Assembly: GCA_002269645.1 (NCBI GenBank)
Contig: NIVC01003596.1
Coordinates: 1-63,935 of the forward strand
Source: Macrostomum lignano
Taxonomy: Eukaryota
Length of the DNA stretch: 63,935 nt
Reading direction: 5' to 3'
This document shows, piece after piece, positions 1-12,300 of this stretch. The first letter of the stretch is position 1. Every line of letters begins with the position of its first letter. Under the pieces are notes generated by a model. That model had not been told where the DNA came from and made no database searches. It saw only the letters and a list, made by a program, of their open reading frames with translations. Both the position numbers and the translations under genes were made by a program.

Positions 1-316
1 GTGCTCAATAACTGACTATAAGTAGACACAATGGTAGACTATAAAGTAGACACAATGGTAGACTATAAAGTAGACACAATGGTAGACTATAAAGTAGACA
101 CAATGGTAGACCACAAAGTAGACACAATGGTAGACTAAAAGTAGACACAATGGTAGACTATAAAGTAGACACAATGGTAGACCACAAAGTAGACACAATG
201 GTAACTATAAAGTAGACACAATGGTAGACTATAAAGTAGACACAATGGTAGACCACAAAGTAGACACAATGGTAGACTATAAAGTAGACACAATGGTAGA
301 CTATAAGTAGACACAA
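1..316. repeat. 24-bp minisatellite (CTATAAAGTAGACACAATGGTAGA) in OGDH intron 7
   Basis: Tandem copies visible directly; truncated by window edge. Confidence 0.9.
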
Positions 317-345
317 CAGTATGCCACAAAGCCAGCAGGACTCAC

Positions 346-3300
346 CCTGCTCAATATTATTCAGCGGCACGTAGGTGGCCAAGTCTTTCTCCTGATCGTG
401 CAGCACGTGGTGCCGGTGCGAGAAGGTGCCGCGCTCGACGTCCTGGCCGGACAGCCGACATGGTAGCCCTCGTGAGCAGGCTGCCGAAGGCGAAGGCTTC
501 GCCCATGGCCCAGTCGGCCTGCTCGTGCTCCAGCAGCTCGGCCCGGCCGCGCAGGGTTCGCTTCAGCCCAGGATGAAGTTTGAAGCCCTGCGGCACGGTG
601 GAGAACACCTGGCCGATCTTGTTCAGCCTGTCCAACGTCACTGATGTAGCCGGAGCTTTCATCGCGTCGCGGCCTTCGAAGAAGCCGTCCCAGGGCGAGT
701 CCAGCCAGTCGCGGTTGCGCACGCCCTTCACAGACTTCGCGTTGGTGAAGGCGTCTTCGCACACCTTGTCGTAGCGCTGGCTCTCCTCGTCGTACTCCGC
801 CTGAGTCACCGTGCCCTCCTGCAGGGACAGATGGGGATTTTAGTGTCTTGGGGAATTCTCATCTGGGATAAATAGGGGATATTCTCATCTAGGGGATGAA
901 TAGGGGATAAATAGGGGATAAAAAGGGGATATCAGTGTCTTGGGGAATTCTCATCTGGGATAAATAGGGGATTTTAGTGTCCTGGGGAATCCTCATCTGG
1001 GATAAATAGGGGATATTAGTGTCTTGGGGAATCCTCATCTGGGATAAATAGGGGATTTTAGTGTCTTGGGGAATTATCATCTGGGATAAATAGGGGATTT
1101 TAGTGTCTTGGGGAATCCTCATCTGGGATAAATAGGGGATTTTAGTGTCTTGGGGAATTATCATCTGGGATAAATAGGGGATTTTAGTGTCTTGGGAATC
1201 CTCATCTGGGATAAATCGGGGATTTTATTGTCCAGGGGAATCATCAGCTGGGATAAATAGGGATTTTATTGTCCAGGGGAATCATCAGCTGGGATAAATA
1301 GGGGATTTTAGTGTCTTGGGGAATTCTCATCTGGGATAAATAGGGGATTTTAGTGTCTTGGGGAATCCTCATCTGGGATAAATAGGGGATTTTAGTGTCT
1401 TGGGGAATTCTCATCTGGGATAAATAGGGGATTTTAGTGTCTTGGGGAATTCTCAGCTGGGATAAATAGGGGATTTTAGTGCCTTGGAGAATCATTAGCT
1501 GGGATAAATAGGGGATTTAGTGTCTTGGGGAATTATCATCTGGGATAAATAGGGGATTTTAGTGACTTAGGGAATCCTCATCAGGGATAAATAGGGGACA
1601 TTAGTGTCTTGGGGAATTCTCATCTGGGATAAATAGGGGATTTTAGTGTCTTGGGGAATTCTCAGCTGGGATAAATAGTGTCGTGTTGGGAATCCTCATC
1701 TGGGATAAATAGGGGATTTTAGTGTCTTGGGGAATTATCATCTGGGATAAATAGGGGATTTTAGTGTCTTGGGGAATCCTCATCTGGGATAAATAGGGGA
1801 TTTTAGTGTCTTGGGAATTATCATCTGGGATAAATCGGGGATTTTATTGTCCAGGGGAATCATCATCTGGGATAAATAGGGGATTTAAGTGTCTTGGGGA
1901 ATTCTCATCTGGGATAAATAGGGGATTTAAGTGTCTTGGGGAATCCTCATCTGGGATAAATAGGGGATTTTAGTGTCTTGGGGAATTATCATCTGGGATA
2001 AATCGGGGATTTTATTGTCCAGGGGAATCATCATCTAGGATAAATAGGGGATTTAAGTGTCTTGGGGAATTCTCATCTGGGATAAATAGGGGATTTTAGT
2101 GTCTTGGGGAATTCTCAGCTGGGATAAATAGGGATTTTAGTGCCTTGGAGAATGATCAGCTGGGATAAATAGGGGATTTTAGTGTCTTGGGCGAATTATC
2201 ATCTGGATAAATAGGGGATTTTAGTGTCTTGGGGAATCCTCAACAGGGATAAATTTGGGATTTTAGTGACTTAGGGAATCCTCATCAGGGATAAATAGGT
2301 GACATTAGTGTCTTGGGGAATCCTCATCTGGGATAACCTGGATTTCAGTGTCTTGGGGAATTCTCATCTGGGATAAATAGGAGATATTAGTGTCTTGGGG
2401 AATCCTCATCTGGGACAAATAGGGGATTTTAGTTTAGTGGCTTAGGGCTGTGAAATCCTTTACTGATACATTCGATATCAGAATATCTTTCGAAATTCTC
2501 AAATGGGATAAATGAATAACAATAGCGAGCCTTACGCTAATCAGTTTCTCCAGGTACAGCTGCAGCACATTCTTGTGCTCCTTGATCTTCTTGTACATGA
2601 GCGGCTGCGTGAACATTGGCTCGTCCATCTCGTTGTGCCCGTTGCGCCTGTAGCAGACCAGGTCGATAACAACGTCCTTGCCGAATTTGGCCCGCCACTC
2701 GGCCGCCACCCTGGCCACGTGAATCACCTCCTCCGGGTGGTCGGCGTTCACGTGCAGAATCGGGGCGTTCACGACTCGGGCCACGTCCGTGCAGTAGGGG
2801 CTGGAGCGCGCCACTCGGGGGTCAGTGGTGAAGCCCACCTGGTGAACGGAATTCGGTATTGTGATTTTTAATACCAATGCTTAAGGTCACTTGAGAGGCG
2901 CTGCATTTCCCTCAGGTAGCACTGCAAATCCCTCAGGTAGCACTGCAAATCCCTCAGGTAGCACTGCAAATCCCTCAGGTAGCACTGCAAATCCCTCAGG
3001 TAGCGCTGCAAATCCCTCAGGTAGCGCTGCAAAGCGAACCCACCTGGTTATTAACCACAATATGCACGGTGCCGTGAGTGGAATAGTTGGGCAGGTCAGA
3101 CAGATGGAAAGTCTCCAACACGACGCCCTGGCCGCAGAAGGCGGCGTCGCCGTGCAGCAGGATGGACATGACCTTCTTGCCGTCCTTGTCGCCTCGGTAG
3201 AACTGCTCCGAGTAGGTCTTGCCCTGACACACCGGGTCCACCGCCTCCAGGTGAGACGGATTAGCCAGCACGCTAATCTTCACCTTCTTATTATTCAGGC

Positions 3301-6300
3301 GGTTGATCCTTTCGTGACACATGCCCAGGTGGTACTTCACGTCGCCGGAGCCCTCGTCCATGGCTTTGAGCTTGGAGTCGAACTGGCAGAACAGATTCTC
3401 CAGCGGCTTGCGGGCCACATTGGCCAGGACGTTCAGCCTGCCGCGGTGGGGCATGCCGATGTTGAAGCTCTCCACGCCCAGGTCCGAGGACACGTCAATC
3501 ACGGTCTTCATGGCCGGGATCATCACCTCGGCGCCCTCCAGGCCGAACCGCTTCTCTGCCGACCACTTGCGGGCCAGGAACTCCTCGAATCTGGAGGGGG
3601 GGGGGCGGAGTGCTTGAGACTGCATGCTGCAGCTATGGGGTGACGCCTGACCCGCCTGTCTGAAGCTGGGGTGACGCCTGACCCGCCTGTCTGATGCTGG
3701 GTGACGCCTGACCCGCCTGTCTGATGCTGGGTGTGCAGGCCTGACCCACCTGTCTGATGCTGGGGTGACGCCTGACCCACCTGTCTGATGCTGGGGTGAC
3801 GCCTGACCCACCTGTCTGATGCTGGGGTGACGCCTGACCCACCTGTCTGATGCTGGGGTGACGCCTGACCCGCCTGTCTGAAGCTGGGGTGACGCCTGAC
3901 CGCCTGTCTGATGCTGGGTGTGCAGGCCTGACCCACCTGTCTGATGCTGGGGTGACGCCTGACCCACCTGTCTGATGCTGGGGTGACGCCTGACCCGCCT
4001 GTCTGATGCTGGGTGTGCAGGCCTGACCCACCTGTCTGATGCTGGGGTGACGCCTGACCCACCTGTCTGATGCTGGGGTGACGCCTGACCCGCCTGTCTG
4101 ATGCTGGGTGTGCAGGCCTGACCCACCTGTCTGATGCTGGGGTGACGCCTGACCCACCTGTCTGATGCTGGGGTGACGCCTGACCCACCTGTCTGATGCT
4201 GGGGTGACGCCTGACCCACCTGTCTGATGCTGGGGTGACGCCTGACCCACCTGTCTGATGCTGGGGTGACGCCTGACCCACCTGTCTGATGCTGGGGTGA
4301 CGCCTGACCCACCTGTCTGATGCTGGGGTGACGCCTGACCCACCTGTCTGATGCTGGGTGTGCAGGCCTGACCCACCTGTCTGATGCTGGGGTGACGCCT
4401 GACCCACCTGTCTGATGCTGGGTGTGCAGGCCTGACCTACTAATCCCATCGAACAGCCCACCCTGACCCACCTGGTAGACCGGATCAGCCGGGCCAGCAG
4501 CAGCCGCTTCTCATCAGGCGTGATGCTCATAACTCCAGGCGTTTCAAACTTCTCCCTGAGCCATTCGCACTGCTCGTGATTGTTAATAAACATGAACTCG
4601 GCCCCGATATATTTGCAGTACACATTCTCCAGCCGGTTAATGATCTCCTTGAGCTGCAGCTCGACCTCCTCTCCCCCAATTAGAGTGGTCTGCGGCAGCC
4701 GGAACCGCTTCTCCATGTCCTCCTTGGCTGCGTTGGTCAAGGATGGTTTTGTTAAGAGCGCCAATCTTTGTTAACAAACCCAGGACAAATTGGTATTGCT
4801 CAAAAGCTACTGAGACAACAGAATTCATCGTATTAAAAACAGAACTCATCAGGGATGAAGGAACATTATAGAAAACTTGGGGTGAATACGCTTGCGCTTG
4901 TAAATATAACTGACACTGTGCATCGGGATTTCAAAAGCTTTTCCTATACTTACTACTCACTCTTATTCAGTTTCAGTAGTCTGTTTAGCGCGCATTTATT
5001 GAAGGGATTTTTTTAAAAAAAGTTTGCGGTAATATTGACATCAAAATACATGTACAGTGCAAGGATTATTCACTTCGGGCAAAGCACAGATAAGATGAAG
5101 AAGTTCCTCTTTAGAGCAGCTCAGCGTCACTGCAATACCAGACTATTGATTTTTCTTCTTTATGCTGGTAAGAACTTCTCTCAATCGAATTAATGGAACA
5201 CTTGTTTTGACTAGAAAGTTAAAAAATAAATTACGACAGACATCTAAGAAGACTGGAGTAAGCGAGCAAGTGAGATACAGGTGAGTATGCAAGGTCGACA
5301 AAGGGGATCGAGGAGGTGATAACAGCTCGGCTTACAGATCCAACTGTACATTGCCGCCCGACAGAATGCGGGGAAGCCTGCAATTAGCAAAGTACATTGC
5401 GGTGTGCGTGCCAGTTGAGCTGAAATTCAGCCTCTAATTTTGTGGGTCGATTCGGCAGTTTTGAGTTTAACACAGGACTGAATTAGTGTGTCTGAATACA
5501 GGGGTTTGGACTGCGCGTCTGTGAGAACTTGGATTGGCTGTGTGTGGGGATTTGGACTGGCTGTCTGTGGGGATTTGGATTGACTGTGTGTGGGGATTTG
5601 GACTGGCTGTCTGTGGGGATTTGGATTGACTGTGTGTGGGGATTTGGACTGGCTGTCTGTGGGGATTTGGATTGACTGTGTGTGGGGATTTGGACTGGCT
5701 GTCTGTGGGGATTTGGATTGGCTGTGTGTGGGGATTTGGACTGGCTGTCTGTGGGGATTTGGATTGACTGTGTGTGGGGATTTGGACTGGCTGTCTGTGG
5801 GGATTTGGATTGACTGTGTGTGGGGATTTGGACTGGCTGTCTGTGGGGATTTGGATTGGCTGTCTGTGAGGACTTGGATTGGCTGTCTGTGAGAACTTGG
5901 ATTGGCTGTCTGTGAGGATTTGGATTGACTGTCTGTGAGAACTTGGATTGGCTGTCTGTGAGAACTTGGATTGGCTGTCTGTGAGAACTTGGATTGGCTG
6001 TCTGTGAGGATTTGGATTGACTGTGTGTGGGGATTTGGACTGGCTGTCTGTGGGGATTTGGATTGGCTGTCTGTGAGGATTTGGACTGACTGTCTGTGAG
6101 GATTTGGACTGGTTGTCTGTGAGGATTTGGACTGGCTGTCTGTGGGGATTTGGACTGGCTGTCTGTGAGGATTTGGATTGACTGTCTGTGAGGATTTGGA
6201 CTGGCTGTCTGTGAGGATTTGGACTGGTTGTCTGTGAGGATTTGGACTGGCTGTCTGTGGGGATTTGGACTGGTTGTCTGTGAGGATTTGGGCTGACTGT

Positions 6301-9300
6301 CTGTGAGGATTTGGACTGGTTGTCTGTGAGGATTTGGATTGGCTGTCTGTGGGGATTTGGACTGGCTGTCTGTGAGGATTTGGATTGGCTGTCTGTGGGG
6401 ATTTGGACTGGCTGTCTGTGGGGATTTGGACTGGTTGTCTGTGAGGATTTGGACTGGCTGTCTGTGGGGATTTGGACTGGCTGTCTGTTGGGATTTGGAC
6501 TGGTTGTCTGTGAGGATTTGGACTGGCTGTCTGTGGGGATTTGGACTGGCTGTCTGTTGGGATTTGGACTGGTTGTCTGTGAGGATTTGGACTGGTTGTC
6601 TGTGAGGATTTGGACTGGCTGTCTGTGAGGATTTGGATTGGTTGTCTGTGAGGATTTGGGCTGACTGTCTGTGAGGATTTGGACTGGTTGTCTGTGAGGA
6701 TTTGGACTGGCTGTCTGTGGGGATTTGGACTGGCTGTCTGTGAGGATTTGGATTGACTGTCTGTGAGGATTTGGACTGGCTGTCTGTGAGGATTTGGACT
6801 GGTTGTCTGTGAGGATTTGGACTGGCTGTCTGTGGGGATTTGGACTGGTTGTCTGTGAGGATTTGGGCTGACTGTCTGTGAGGATTTGGACTGGTTGTCT
6901 GTGAGGATTTGGATTGGCTGTCTGTGGGGATTTGGACTGGCTGTCTGTGAGGATTTGGATTGGCTGTCTGTGGGGATTTGGACTGGCTGTCTGTGGGGAT
7001 TTGGACTGGTTGTCTGTGAGGATTTGGACTGGCTGTCTGTGGGGATTTGGACTGGCTGTCTGTTGGGATTTGGACTGGTTGTCTGTGAGGATTTGGACTG
7101 GCTGTCTGTGGGGATTTGGACTGGCTGTCTGTTGGGATTTGGACTGGTTGTCTGTGAGGATTTGGACTGGCTGTCTGTTGGGATTTGGACTGGTTGTCTG
7201 TGAGGATTTGGACTGGCTGTCTGTGGGGATTTGGATTGGTTGTCTGTGAGGATTTGGGCTGACTGTCTGTGAGGATTTGGACTGGCTGTCTGCGGGGATT
7301 TGGACTGGCTGTCTGTGGGGATTTGGACTGGTTGTCTGCGCCTAATGAGGATAAGTCTCCAAGTACAAAAACACACAGAAAACTATCGTTGGTACAACCT
7401 TATTACGAAAAAAATCAACAGAAAAGTAAAAAAGCAAAACTGCAAGCTCTGTAAACAGAGCTATCTCTTGCCCATCTGCCTCGGACAATGGTTCGGTGGA
7501 ATGTCACAAAATTATTTGAGTACAGGGGCACAGAGGACACACAGACACACCCTTAAAAACAGCGACACACACACAGTCACTCACATTGTGCATCATAGGT
7601 AATAATATAGCTACACTTACAGATATTAGGGTGCTCCGACAGAAACTGCCTGGCCGCTTGAGTGTCTGAAAATATTCACAAGAATATGGGGGGTAACGTT
7701 AAACAAGTGAAGCAGATCTTCAAGTTTATCATCAACTAACGAGTTAGTACGTAAAAAAGAGTAACACAGACCTATAGCGGACAGGTCTTTGTTGAGAATG
7801 GCAGTGCTGCCGGCCGAGCCCTGCAGGCTGCCCCTAGTGATGTCCAGAGGGTCCAGGCGGGCCACGTTGTGTCCGCGGGCCTTTGAGGTGGTTCGGGTTG
7901 GTTGGTGCGGTAAGCGGGGCGAGTACGTACTTGCGTGGCAACTTTAACAAATGTCTTCTGAAGCTGAGATCTGATCTATACTGCAGAGGTTACCCAAGGT
8001 CAATCTGAGCCTAAGACACTACTGCAGAGGTCACCCAAGGTCAATCTGAGCCTAAGACACTACTGCAGAGGTCATCCAAGGTCAATCTGAGCCTACGACA
8101 CTACTACAGAGGTCATCCAAGGTCAATCTGAGCCTAAGACACTACTGCAGAGGTCAACCAGGGTCAATCTGAGCCTAAGACACTACTGCAGAGGTCACCC
8201 AAGGTCAATCTGAGCCTAAGACACTACTGCAGAGGTCACCCAAGGTCAATCTGAGCCTAAGACACTACTGCAGAGGTCATCCAAGGTCAATCTGAGCCTA
8301 AGACACTACTGCAGAGGTCATCCAAGGTCAATCTGAGCCTAAGACACTACTGCAGAGGTCATCCAAGGTCAATCTGAGCCTAAGACACTACTGCAGAGGT
8401 CATCCAAGGTCAATCTGAGCCTAAGACACTACTGCAGAGGTCATCCAAGGTCAATCTGAGCCTAAGACACTACTGCAGAGGTCAACCAGGGTCAATCTGA
8501 GCCTAAGACACTACTGCAGAGGTCACCCAAGGTCAATCTGAGCCTATGACACTACTGCAGAGGTCATCCAAGGTCAATCTGAGCCTAAGACACTACTGCA
8601 GAGGTCATGCAAGGTCAATCTGAGCCTAAGACACTACTGCAGAGGTCATCCAAGGTCAATCTGAGCCTAAGACACTACTGCAGAGGTCATCCAAGGTCAA
8701 TCTGAGCCTAAGACACTACTGCAGAGGTCACCCAAGGTCAATCTGAGCCTAAGACACTACTGCAGAGGTCAACCAGGGTCAATCTGAGCCTAAGACACTA
8801 CTGCAGAGGTCACCCAAGGTCAATCTGAGCCTAAGACACTACTGCAGAGGTCAACCAGGGTCAATCTGAGCCTAAGACACTACTGCAGAGGTCAACCAAG
8901 GTCAATCTGAGCCTAAGACACTACTGCAGAGGTCATCCAAGGTCAATCTGAGCCTAAGACACTACTGCAGAGGTCAACCAGGGTCAATCTGAGCCTAAGA
9001 CACTACTGCAGAGGTCACCCAAGGTCAATCTGAGCCTAAGACACTACTGCAGAGGTCAACCAGGGTCAATCTGAGCCTAAGACACTACTGCAGAGGTCAC
9101 CCAAGGTCAATCTGAGCCTAAGACACTACTGCAGAGGTCACCCAAGGTCAATCTGAGCCTAAGACACTACTGCAGAGGTCATCCAAGGTCAATCTGAGCC
9201 TAAGACACTACTGCAGAGGTCAACCAGGGTCAATCTGAGCCTAAGACACTACTGCAGAGGTCAACCAGGGTCAATCTGAGCCTAAGACACTACTGCAGAG

Positions 9301-12300
9301 GTCATCCAAGGTCAATCTGAGCCTAAGACACTACTGCAGAGGTCACCCAAGGTCAATCTGAGCCTAAGACACTACTGCAGAGGTCAACCAAGGTCAATCT
9401 GAGCCTAAGACACTACTGCAGAGGTCACCCAAGGTCAATCTGAGCCTAAGACACTACTGCAGAGGTCACCCAAGGTCAATCTGAGCCTAAGACACTACTG
9501 CAGAGGTCAACCAGGGTCAATCTGAGCCTAAGACACTACTGCAGAGGTCATCCAAGGTCAATCTGAGCCTAAGACACTACTACAGAGGTCACCCAAGGTC
9601 AATCTGAGCCTAAGACACTACTGCAGAGGTCAACCAAGGTCAATCTGAGCCTAAGACACTACTGCAGAGGTCACCCAAGGTCAATCTGAGCCTAAGACAC
9701 TACTGCAGAGGTCACCCAAGGTCAATCTGAGCCTAAGACACTACTGCAGAGGTCAACCAGGGTCAATCTGAGCCTAAGACACTACTGCAGAGGTCATCCA
9801 AGGTCAATCTGAGCCTAAGACACTACTGCAGAGGTCATCCAAGGTCAATCTGAGCCTAAGACACTACTGCAGAGGTCAACCAAGGTCAATCTGAGCCTAA
9901 GACACTACTGCAGAGGTCACCCAAGGTCAATCTGAGCCTAAGACACTACTGCAGAGGTCATCCAAGGTCAATCTGAGCCTAAGACACTACTGCAGAGGTC
10001 AACCAGGGTCAATCTGAGCCTAAGACACTACTGCAGAGGTCAACCAGGGTCAATGTGAGCCTAAGACACTACTGCAGAGGTCAACCAAGGTCAATCTGAG
10101 CCTAAGACACTACTGCAGAGGTCACCCAAGGTCAATCTGAGCCTAAGACACTACTGCAGAGGTCATCCAAGGTCAATCTGAGCCTAAGACACTACTGCAG
10201 AGGTCATCCAAGGTCAATCTGAGCCTAAGACACTACTGCAGAGGTCATCCAAGGTCAATCTGAGCCTAAGACACTACTGCAGAGGTCATCCAAGGTCAAT
10301 CTGAGCCTAAGACACTACTGCAGAGGTCATCCAAGGTCAATCTGAGCCTAAGACACTACTGCAGAGGTCAACCAGGGTCAATCTGAGCCTAAGACACTAC
10401 TGCAGAGGTCACCCAAGGTCAATCTGAGCCTATGACACTACTGCAGAGGTCATCCAAGGTCAATCTGAGCCTAAGACACTACTGCAGAGGTCATGCAAGG
10501 TCAATCTGAGCCTAAGACACTACTGCAGAGGTCATCCAAGGTCAATCTGAGCCTAAGACACTACTGCAGAGGTCATCCAAGGTCAATCTGAGCCTAAGAC
10601 ACTACTGCAGAGGTCACCCAAGGTCAATCTGAGCCTAAGACACTACTGCAGAGGTCAACCAGGGTCAATCTGAGCCTAAGACACTACTGCAGAGGTCACC
10701 CAAGGTCAATCTGAGCCTAAGACACTACTGCAGAGGTCAACCAGGGTCAATCTGAGCCTAAGACACTACTGCAGAGGTCAACCAAGGTCAATCTGAGCCT
10801 AAGACACTACTGCAGAGGTCATCCAAGGTCAATCTGAGCCTAAGACACTACTGCAGAGGTCAACCAGGGTCAATCTGAGCCTAAGACACTACTGCAGAGG
10901 TCACCCAAGGTCAATCTGAGCCTAAGACACTACTGCAGAGGTCAACCAGGGTCAATCTGAGCCTAAGACACTACTGCAGAGGTCACCCAAGGTCAATCTG
11001 AGCCTAAGACACTACTGCAGAGGTCACCCAAGGTCAATCTGAGCCTAAGACACTACTGCAGAGGTCATCCAAGGTCAATCTGAGCCTAAGACACTACTGC
11101 AGAGGTCAACCAGGGTCAATCTGAGCCTAAGACACTACTGCAGAGGTCAACCAGGGTCAATCTGAGCCTAAGACACTACTGCAGAGGTCATCCAAGGTCA
11201 ATCTGAGCCTAAGACACTACTGCAGAGGTCACCCAAGGTCAATCTGAGCCTAAGACACTACTGCAGAGGTCAACCAAGGTCAATCTGAGCCTAAGACACT
11301 ACTGCAGAGGTCACCCAAGGTCAATCTGAGCCTAAGACACTACTGCAGAGGTCACCCAAGGTCAATCTGAGCCTAAGACACTACTGCAGAGGTCAACCAG
11401 GGTCAATCTGAGCCTAAGACACTACTGCAGAGGTCATCCAAGGTCAATCTGAGCCTAAGACACTACTACAGAGGTCACCCAAGGTCAATCTGAGCCTAAG
11501 ACACTACTGCAGAGGTCAACCAAGGTCAATCTGAGCCTAAGACACTACTGCAGAGGTCACCCAAGGTCAATCTGAGCCTAAGACACTACTGCAGAGGTCA
11601 CCCAAGGTCAATCTGAGCCTAAGACACTACTGCAGAGGTCAACCAGGGTCAATCTGAGCCTAAGACACTACTGCAGAGGTCATCCAAGGTCAATCTGAGC
11701 CTAAGACACTACTGCAGAGGTCATCCAAGGTCAATCTGAGCCTAAGACACTACTGCAGAGGTCAACCAAGGTCAATCTGAGCCTAAGACACTACTGCAGA
11801 GGTCACCCAAGGTCAATCTGAGCCTAAGACACTACTGCAGAGGTCATCCAAGGTCAATCTGAGCCTAAGACACTACTGCAGAGGTCAACCAGGGTCAATC
11901 TGAGCCTAAGACACTACTGCAGAGGTCAACCAGGGTCAATGTGAGCCTAAGACACTACTGCAGAGGTCAACCAAGGTCAATCTGAGCCTAAGACACTACT
12001 GCAGAGGTCATCCAAGGTCAATCTGAGCCTAAGACACTACTGCAGAGGTCATCCAAGGTCAATCTGAGCCTAAGACACTACTGCAGAGGTCAACCAGGGT
12101 CAATCTGAGCCTAAGACACTACTGCAGAGGTCATCCAAGGTCAATCTGAGCCTAAGACACTACTGCAGAGGTCACCCAAGGTCAATATGAGCCTAAGACA
12201 CTACTACAGAGGTCATCCAAGGTCAATCTGAGCCTAAGACACTACTGCAGAGGTCATCCAAGGTCAATCTGAGCCTAAGACACTACTGCAGAGGTCAACC

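Noticed and set aside
2836-3050. ACCAGGTGGG direct repeat at both ends of OGDH intron 5 as a sign of recent intron gain
   Set aside because: It matches the ordinary AG|GT proto-splice consensus, and I recall an intron at the equivalent NNQ|IGF position in other animals; not testable here.
3017-7376. Long ORFs such as 3017-4471, 3523-4764 and 5427-7376 (649 aa)
   Set aside because: They are read-throughs of intronic minisatellites; unit lengths of 31 and 23 bp are not multiples of 3 and the true exons are delimited by splice sites.
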